IMG/VR virus record: IMGVR_UViG_3300035698_029469
Length of the DNA: 20,000 nucleotides
Reading direction: 5' to 3' (one strand)
Origin: an uncultured virus (IMG/VR IMGVR_UViG_3300035698_029469)
Taxonomy: Duplodnaviria; Heunggongvirae; Uroviricota; Caudoviricetes
Positions within the stretch are counted from its first letter, which is position 1; each line of letters begins with the position of its first letter. The position numbers were made by a program, and so were the translations under genes. Below, one piece after another: positions 13,605-20,000 of the stretch. A model generated the notes under the pieces. The model saw only the letters and a program-made list of their open reading frames with translations. It did not search any database and was not told the origin of the DNA.

Positions 13605-13960
13605 TGAAAACAGTTTCCTTGATTTTAGATGATAGAATTGGTAAAGGATATTATCATGAGGCGGTAAAAACATTAATAAATAAAGAAGTAGTTTTGAATC
13701 ATATATCGCCGATTGATGATCCATCGGCATATTTAGGACGTATTTTACATGCTTATATTGATAATGATGAATCTATAAAGTGTAATATTGATTTTTGTGA
13801 TAAAAAAAATATATATTGTAATTATATTGAAAATGGAAAGTTTTGGCCGGCTTTCACTATTTTTTATGTTAGTTGTGGAGAATCATCTAAAATGTTTATT
13901 CGTGAAATTATATTTGATCATATTAGTTTATGTATCAATTTAGAAAACATTAAAAATTAA
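13601..13960 (+). CDS. degenerate paralog of the prohead protease domain
   Basis: NKEVVLNHISPIDDPSAYLGRI vs NQEVLLSHVSPNDNVNSYMGRV; KFWPAFTIF vs KFWKGVSIG; DHISLCIN vs REVSLARN. Confidence 0.7.
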   Translation: MMKTVSLILDDRIGKGYYHEAVKTLINKEVVLNHISPIDDPSAYLGRILHAYIDNDESIKCNIDFCDKKNIYCNYIENGKFWPAFTIFYVSCGESSKMFIREIIFDHISLCINLENIKN

Positions 13961-13977
13961 ACTAAAGGAGATAAAAT

Positions 13978-14469
13978 ATGGCAACATGTACAGAACTTTC
14001 GTTGAATAACGAAGTAGATCGCGCCGCCGTAAAGGTAGTTATCGATCTCATTGCAAATACAACTTGCGGGACTCAATTTTATAATTTGGTCGGCGGGGTT
14101 AGCGATTTTGTTACAGCATTGAATGCTATTGATGTGGGTAATATTACCGTTAATGCCGGTGCTGATGCGCGTGCGTATGATCTTAGAAATGGGACAGATG
14201 AAGCACTCTTCGAAGCTGCATGCGAAACAGTAAATCTAATCGATGTAATCGTTTGGGAAACTCCAAGTAGCCGAAAGATGTATGGACTGACGTTGAACGG
14301 AGTCGGAACAACTTATCAAGGAGTTATTATAGTTCCGCTTAGCGGTGGAAAGAGTATAAACGCTATTATTATTACAAATAGTGGCGTTTCGAAATATAAT
14401 GCTTATCAAACCAAAATATACAGTATGCAAAGTGGCCTGCAAAAGATTGCAATAATTGAAGACGCTTAG
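13978..14469 (+). CDS. hypothetical protein, possibly virion-associated
   Basis: AAGGAGA SD; Ala/Gly/Thr/Val-rich composition like the structural genes. Confidence 0.75.
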   Translation: MATCTELSLNNEVDRAAVKVVIDLIANTTCGTQFYNLVGGVSDFVTALNAIDVGNITVNAGADARAYDLRNGTDEALFEAACETVNLIDVIVWETPSSRKMYGLTLNGVGTTYQGVIIVPLSGGKSINAIIITNSGVSKYNAYQTKIYSMQSGLQKIAIIEDA

Positions 14470-14614
14470 ACTTATTATATTGCTCTGCTGAACGTAGACC
14501 AAAAAGAATACCGATATTTTAATCCAAACTTTGACAGTGCGGCCTTGTCGCCGCCTCTTTTTCTACTCTATTTCTTTTCCGGATAAACCAAAATCTTTTT
14601 TTCGGGTTGGAATG

Positions 14615-14630
14615 GAAACACTTATATATA
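14615..14630 (+). promoter_or_regulatory. candidate BRE/TATA promoter of the capsid operon
   Basis: GAAACAC-TTATATATA in the 207-bp gap before the protease gene, downstream of oligo-T tracts. Confidence 0.5.
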
Positions 14631-14676
14631 GGTTCCCCCGTTTTTTATAAGTAGTTACTAAGGGGGATTTTGCGGC

Positions 14677-15801
14677 TTGGAAAAATTCTATCGGCAATAC
14701 GACGAAATTAGAATGCAATACAGCGGCGAAATTAGCCCGTTTTCAATAGATCAATCTGATTCTTTTTTTATCACTACTCCGATAGTTTCTACAGAGATAT
14801 ATTCCGAGGAAATTCTTCGGAACGCAGTATGGAGCGCGGGGAACCAGGAAGTATTACTTTCTCATGTTTCCCCGAATGATAATGTAAATTCATATATGGG
14901 TAGAGTAGCACAGGTTTGGTGGGATGATTCTGAGAAAGTAATTATGGGGAAACTCGAAATTAACGAAGGCGGGAGCACGGCAATATATGATGATGCCGGC
15001 GAAGGCAAGGAACATCCTGCGAGAGAGATAAGAGAGCAAATCAGATTAGATATGGATAAACCTATAAAGGAGAAATTTTGGAAAGGTGTCTCGATCGGGG
15101 CAATTGTATTCTTAACTAAAAAAGGAGATACCGAAAAAATAGAGAAAATTGAAATTAGAGAAGTAAGCTTGGCTCGTAATCCGGCCTGCAAGGTCTGTAA
15201 GATCCGCGCCATTACAGCTTACGAATTATCGGAGGTGGACATCGTGTCAAACGAATCCGAAACCGAGCAGGTAAGCGAGGTACGGGTATCACAGCATGAA
15301 GTGGTCACGGCTGAATTAGAAACTCGGGTTGTAGAACTTGAGCGACAATTAGCCGAAAAAGAAACTACAATTGCTGATAGCACGAATAAAAACAGTGTAT
15401 TACATGAGGATAATAAAGGCATGTTAGCCCAAATTCAAAAGAATTCAGAAACGCTTCAAAATTATAAAGTCCGGTTTAAGCGAATCGATGAACGGGAGAA
15501 AATTATTAAGATTAATCAAATATTCGACAACTTCGAAATTCCGAAAGGTGACGCTTCTGTGGATGGAATTCGCAGAGATTGTCTGACTTATGAAAAGGAA
15601 ACATTAAATACGTTTCTTCAATTATCGGAAGTTTTCAAAGCAACGAAAGCCAGCGGATTGGACAGGACTCCGGTATCGGAAATGCCTAATTTTGGTGGAA
15701 ACGCGTTAACTGTTGAGCATGAAATTGCCGGCGAACCCGAAGATCCCGTTGAATATAGCAATGTCTGGAGACAACGATATGGCGATGGAGGTGCGAACTA
15801 A
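14677..15801 (+). CDS. prohead (maturation) protease fused to a coiled-coil scaffold
   Basis: LLSH (His), GVSIG (Ser) and REVSLARNPA are HK97-type protease motifs; C-terminal heptads; TTG start after AAGGGGG. Confidence 0.88.
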   Translation: MEKFYRQYDEIRMQYSGEISPFSIDQSDSFFITTPIVSTEIYSEEILRNAVWSAGNQEVLLSHVSPNDNVNSYMGRVAQVWWDDSEKVIMGKLEINEGGSTAIYDDAGEGKEHPAREIREQIRLDMDKPIKEKFWKGVSIGAIVFLTKKGDTEKIEKIEIREVSLARNPACKVCKIRAITAYELSEVDIVSNESETEQVSEVRVSQHEVVTAELETRVVELERQLAEKETTIADSTNKNSVLHEDNKGMLAQIQKNSETLQNYKVRFKRIDEREKIIKINQIFDNFEIPKGDASVDGIRRDCLTYEKETLNTFLQLSEVFKATKASGLDRTPVSEMPNFGGNALTVEHEIAGEPEDPVEYSNVWRQRYGDGGAN

Positions 15802-16649
15802 TGGCAGCAGATTTTGACGGAGACGGCCCGAGAGCTTTTTGGGGTAGTACGCATAATATAAGTGATTTTTCACAGCGAGGTTGGCTTATCAAACCGGGTA
15901 GAGGCGATAATATTCGCAGTTATACTGCCGGGGAAGATTTGGGCCAGGGAACCAATTTAAGATCACCGCTCGGAAATATTACAGCATCGGGATTCCCGGT
16001 TTATTTAAGCGCGGAAAGAACGGTCAATGCGATAGACGATTCGGCTGCAATGACTCAGGTTTTGGCATATGAAGGACTTTTGCTAAATCCTGTATTAAGT
16101 GGCGGAAATGCACAAGTGATAAAAGGCGGCGGCTGGGAAGCATTAATTCCGGTTGGTTCAATTCCTGTAACATTCGGCGATATCGTTATGTGTGAAACTT
16201 CGGGAAGTGGGAATGGCACAGATATTGTTCCGCAGTTCAAGACTGTTCGGTTTACGTTTACAGCACTTGATCGGATTACAGCCGATACTTCAACATCATA
16301 TTTAACTACAAGCGTTGTAGATTTTCAGGCGATGGAATATATGAATACGGCGAGTTATTTTACGGCTGGAACATGTGTTTTGAAGAGCACAGGAGCAACT
16401 GCACAAGCTTTAACAGTGGATGCAGATGGAACTGCTAATGCAGGCGGAGCAACGTCTATTCGATTCAATCCTGCAACAGGAGTATTTACTACTGGTGCAC
16501 AGCTTGAAGATGGTGACGAGCTTCTTATTACCGGAGTTGCCCGGGACCAGACTATCCATCCCTATACAGTAGGTTATGCTCTAGAGAGCGGAGTTGTTAG
16601 AGACGGAACAACCGCGGCCCTTGTCCGTGTGAGGCTGAACAGCGCATAA
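15801..16649 (+). CDS. capsid decoration/cement protein with an inserted domain
   Basis: TAGEDL..G.PV, FGDIV and VGYALE...VRVRL motifs; lies between the protease/scaffold and the MCP. Confidence 0.65.
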   Translation: MAADFDGDGPRAFWGSTHNISDFSQRGWLIKPGRGDNIRSYTAGEDLGQGTNLRSPLGNITASGFPVYLSAERTVNAIDDSAAMTQVLAYEGLLLNPVLSGGNAQVIKGGGWEALIPVGSIPVTFGDIVMCETSGSGNGTDIVPQFKTVRFTFTALDRITADTSTSYLTTSVVDFQAMEYMNTASYFTAGTCVLKSTGATAQALTVDADGTANAGGATSIRFNPATGVFTTGAQLEDGDELLITGVARDQTIHPYTVGYALESGVVRDGTTAALVRVRLNSA

Positions 16650-16665
16650 AGCGGAGGAGATATAT

Positions 16666-17655
16666 ATGGCAACTTATGCACAGGATATACCTAATATTCT
16701 ACGAAGAAAATATATGCTCGGCCGATTTATTGAGCAAAAAAATCACCTTTTTGTCGGAGATTATATATTCGGCCAGCTTACTACGGAAGATCCAACGTTC
16801 CTTTATTTAGAGGAACGTCGAGGATATAGAATGACGCCTGAAACCGGTAGAAATACCGAAGGCGATGTTCTCAACGACATTTATGCTCAGCATGTTGGTC
16901 GAACTGTAAGCTATAAAGAGCGAATGCAAATTGACACACGAGTTAAGAAACCGTATGTGCTTATTGATCTTGCAGAACGACGAATGAAAAGTCTTACGAT
17001 TAATATGGCCCGACGAATGGAGTTTCTTAAGGTAAATGCACTGGCAAACGGTTATTTAAGTGCTGACGGAAACGAAAGCCTTTATTGGATCGATTTTGAT
17101 GATACAGCTGCGTTTGTCGGACAGAATTGGGTTGATGGAACCGGAAATGTTGATATTCGGGGAAATCTGGCATTTGCAAAAGCAAGAATGCTTGAAAACG
17201 CATTTGTCGCTCCGGATACGGTAATTTGTTCGCCAAAAGTTTGGGAATCTGTTGAAAGACAGTTAGTTTGGGAATACGGTAATTCCGGACCTTTTGGACA
17301 AAGTATGCTTCGGGACGGTCGATTACCAGACGGTGCAACCGAGCCTGATAGAAGTGCTTACCGTGGAAATTGGTATGACCTTGATTGGTTTGTTACAAAC
17401 GGGTATTATCAATCTGATAACGATAATATTTTCTCAAGTCTCACTAAAATGGTGGATAGACACGTTTATGTATTTAAAAGAGGAAATGATCTCGGCGGAC
17501 TCTACATGATGAAAGATACCGATATGATTAAAACGAGAGTTCCGGACCAAGGATTTACAAATCTGTATGAGGTTCAGCTTGAGTTTGAATGCACCCCGGT
17601 AATATTTCATCCGGAATACATATTTACATTTTTGAATGTAGAAACGGCTCCGTGA
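16666..17655 (+). CDS. major capsid protein (HK97 fold, lambda gpE-like)
   Basis: 329 aa; long helix RRMEFLKVNALANG, W....DI...L and PDTVICSPKVWESV; strong SD GGAGG; canonical gene position. Confidence 0.88.
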   Translation: MATYAQDIPNILRRKYMLGRFIEQKNHLFVGDYIFGQLTTEDPTFLYLEERRGYRMTPETGRNTEGDVLNDIYAQHVGRTVSYKERMQIDTRVKKPYVLIDLAERRMKSLTINMARRMEFLKVNALANGYLSADGNESLYWIDFDDTAAFVGQNWVDGTGNVDIRGNLAFAKARMLENAFVAPDTVICSPKVWESVERQLVWEYGNSGPFGQSMLRDGRLPDGATEPDRSAYRGNWYDLDWFVTNGYYQSDNDNIFSSLTKMVDRHVYVFKRGNDLGGLYMMKDTDMIKTRVPDQGFTNLYEVQLEFECTPVIFHPEYIFTFLNVETAP

Positions 17656-17668
17656 GGTGTATAGAGAA

Positions 17669-18181
17669 ATGAGGGCACAAGGTGCGAGCGCAGTTCATGG
17701 CGCAAAAGCAGTATCGGTTACAGCAGAAGAGAACGCAGTTTATTTTATGATAAACGGAACACTTACACGCGTTCCCAATCAATCTTTAAACGTGGTTCAA
17801 CAGCGTTCAGACACAGAAATTCCGATTTATTATATAGCACCCGATGACGATGCTCACAGTATTTTTCTACCTAGCTTTAACGATCCTGATATTCCTGCCA
17901 CAGCAATTACCGACGCCGATGGATTGCTCACAAACAATTATATTGTTACTGGGTGGTCTACTTTTATTTTTGGCGGAGATGGCTGGGCCGGCTTTGATTA
18001 TGAGCCGGTAGTCCTGCGATCAGCGCCGTTGGCAATTACTCCCGGGACTATAGTTAGTCCGTGGTATGAGGAACCGGGGACGGTAACAATTAAGAAAGGA
18101 TTATACGCAATGAATTTTGCCGCAGACGTAGATATAACAATCTATGGATATGCATACGTTAAACGGCCGACGCTATACTAA
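17669..18181 (+). CDS. hypothetical virion protein (start ATG 17669 or GTG 17657)
   Basis: GAGGTG SD at 17654-17659; beta-rich sequence; follows the MCP. Confidence 0.7.
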   Translation: MRAQGASAVHGAKAVSVTAEENAVYFMINGTLTRVPNQSLNVVQQRSDTEIPIYYIAPDDDAHSIFLPSFNDPDIPATAITDADGLLTNNYIVTGWSTFIFGGDGWAGFDYEPVVLRSAPLAITPGTIVSPWYEEPGTVTIKKGLYAMNFAADVDITIYGYAYVKRPTLY

Positions 18182-18215
18182 AAGCCTAATAATCTAATTA
18201 GGAGATGAGAAAAAC

Positions 18216-20000
18216 ATGGGACACATACCAGCACCGGGTGTAACTACAACAACAGTTGTAGAAGCCACGGTGGATGTTATTGAAGCGATTACACAAACTA
18301 CAACAACACAAGATGCCATATATGTCAAGGCTGATGGAGACAATTCAAAAGATGGCCGAAGCTGGCCGAATGCAAAAGCAGATATTGGTGACGGTATTAA
18401 TTTATGTTCTAGCGATGCTGATGATATTGGGGTTGTCTTTATAGGTCCTGGTACTTATGATATTGATATAGCAGTTCAAAATTGGAATTCTAACTTCATT
18501 TTATGGGGAGTTGGCGGTCCGAGAAGTGTTATACTTACAAATACAGCAGCTGGCGCAACTTCGGTTGTCGAATTAATTCGAACTAATATTTTGGCCAATG
18601 TCGTTATTGATACGGGCGCGTCAACTAGAGACGGCGTTGTATTTGCTGCAGGATCAAGCAGTTCAAAGCTAATGGGTTGTATATTTGACTGTGCCGCCGC
18701 TACTGGCGCGCAGGATGGTATCAGACTCGAAGGATCTATCATGGGAATTAATATACTTAATACTCAGATTTTCGGAGTTCTGGCAAACACAAGCGGAATT
18801 AGAACTAGTCAAGCGAATTTAAACGACATAAGTAATATTTGGATAAGTGATTGTTTAGTTGGGATCCATTTGGACCATACGGATGATCATGACAATAGAA
18901 TTGGAAACGTAACAATTAAAGACAGCACAACAGGCTTCTTATTTGATGCCGGCGCCGATGAAAACATCATAAGCGATATTGATTACATTAACGTAACCAC
19001 AACGATTAATAACAGTGGAGCCAACAATAGATTCCTTACGTCGGGAATTAAAGACGAAGGATACACTGATCGGATCAGTGTTGTGCTCAACGGAACATCC
19101 GAACTCACACATACTTACACAACCTTAACCGCGGGCTATGGAGGCGCCTCTACAGACGCCGATGATCACACGTTGCTACTATTAGGACCGGGCACTCATG
19201 ATTTAAATGCCGTTGGACCTACTTGTGGAGCAAACATTACAATTCGTGGTGAAGGAATAGGAACAACGATATTTTCAAATACCGACGTAACGGCCGCACC
19301 GATGATTATTTTCACTAGGAACGGCCACTTGGAAAACATGACAATCGATACCGAAACTCGGCATGGACCTCAGTTTAACGCTAATAACGGCGCTTCGATT
19401 ATAGATTGCTTTATAGACGGAACAGCGGATGCGGCGGCAAGATACGGCGCACAATTTATGAACGCGTCAACTAACTGCATTGTAGAAAACGTTCGAATTA
19501 CAGGAACCGTCGCAAACACAACTGGAATTGATATCAGTGCGGCAGACGATTGTATAGTTACCGAATGTAAGATTTCGACTTGTCTTGAAGGTATAAACGT
19601 CGGAGCAACTGCAGATCGAAGTATAATCTATGAAAACATTATACGCGGAAACGCAACAGGCATTGACATTACAGCGGGCGCTACAATCACCCAAATGTAC
19701 AATAACGTCATTTGGGGAAGTGCCACAGCCGATGTAGTTGATGCGGGAACTAACAGCGATAGTTTCTGGGGTCTTAGAACCGAAATGGACTCTAAATATC
19801 GAAAGACAATACTTGTGCACGCTGACGGCTCTAACACGGACGGACGAAGTTGGGAAACCGCTTTTACAAGCCTAAACGGAGCGATAGCCGACGCATCGAC
19901 CGATGCAAACGATAGAACACAAATCATCATAGGATTGGGAACATACGATATTAATTTGACTGGAAATGCCTTCGCGGCGCTTACAAACACCAATGTTGAT
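18216..20000 (+). CDS. large right-handed parallel beta-helix (pectin lyase-like) protein with at least 3 tandem modules, cut by the window end; not in the ORF track
   Basis: AGGAG SD, ATG 18216, open to the window end (595 codons); IYV...DGRSW..A cap motif at modules 1 and 3, G(P/L)GT(Y/H)D at 18444, 19185 and 19932, and GI-x-I/N ladders. Confidence 0.88.
   Translation, partial: MGHIPAPGVTTTTVVEATVDVIEAITQTTTTQDAIYVKADGDNSKDGRSWPNAKADIGDGINLCSSDADDIGVVFIGPGTYDIDIAVQNWNSNFILWGVGGPRSVILTNTAAGATSVVELIRTNILANVVIDTGASTRDGVVFAAGSSSSKLMGCIFDCAAATGAQDGIRLEGSIMGINILNTQIFGVLANTSGIRTSQANLNDISNIWISDCLVGIHLDHTDDHDNRIGNVTIKDSTTGFLFDAGADENIISDIDYINVTTTINNSGANNRFLTSGIKDEGYTDRISVVLNGTSELTHTYTTLTAGYGGASTDADDHTLLLLGPGTHDLNAVGPTCGANITIRGEGIGTTIFSNTDVTAAPMIIFTRNGHLENMTIDTETRHGPQFNANNGASIIDCFIDGTADAAARYGAQFMNASTNCIVENVRITGTVANTTGIDISAADDCIVTECKISTCLEGINVGATADRSIIYENIIRGNATGIDITAGATITQMYNNVIWGSATADVVDAGTNSDSFWGLRTEMDSKYRKTILVHADGSNTDGRSWETAFTSLNGAIADASTDANDRTQIIIGLGTYDINLTGNAFAALTNTNVD

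Noticed and set aside
11019..19993. Short ORFs overlapping portal, protease, decoration, MCP and beta-helix genes (e.g. 14236..14502, 14862..15212, 17027..17338, 17294..17509, 19467..19820, 19628..19993)
   Set aside because: They overlap well-supported genes, have no SD and no recognisable motifs.

Overview
This window is part of a tailed (HK97-fold, Caudoviricetes-type) virus or provirus genome. The host is most likely an archaeon, inferred from BHB-type tRNA introns and TATA/BRE-like promoters. It has four parts. (1) 1-5753 (+): an AT-rich array of about 18 small accessory genes, most preceded by a near-identical AAGGAGRRATGAAAAATG leader. It holds two paralog families, a YkgJ-type Cys-cluster protein, a protein with a NAC-alpha-like UBA domain and an NLTPH-motif protein that may be a Crn4-like ring nuclease. 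(2) 5783-6837 (-): a compact RNA operon with three canonical tRNA-Arg genes (CCT, TCT, TCG), a tRNA(CAT) with two and possibly nested introns, three CCA-ending tRNA-like RNAs with aberrant anticodon domains, a 59-aa membrane micro-ORF and a 5' pseudoknot/GNRA RNA. (3) 6894-9249 (-): the terminase large subunit behind two tandem Cys-rich paralogs, transcribed divergently from part 4. (4) 9348-20000 (+): the head module, with a wHTH protein, putative TerS, portal, gp10-like protein, a degenerate protease paralog, a protease-scaffold fusion with an internal start, a decoration protein, the major capsid protein and a truncated multi-module beta-helix protein. The RNA operon is the most unusual element. 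All calls come from manual reading of the sequence; no database searches were run.
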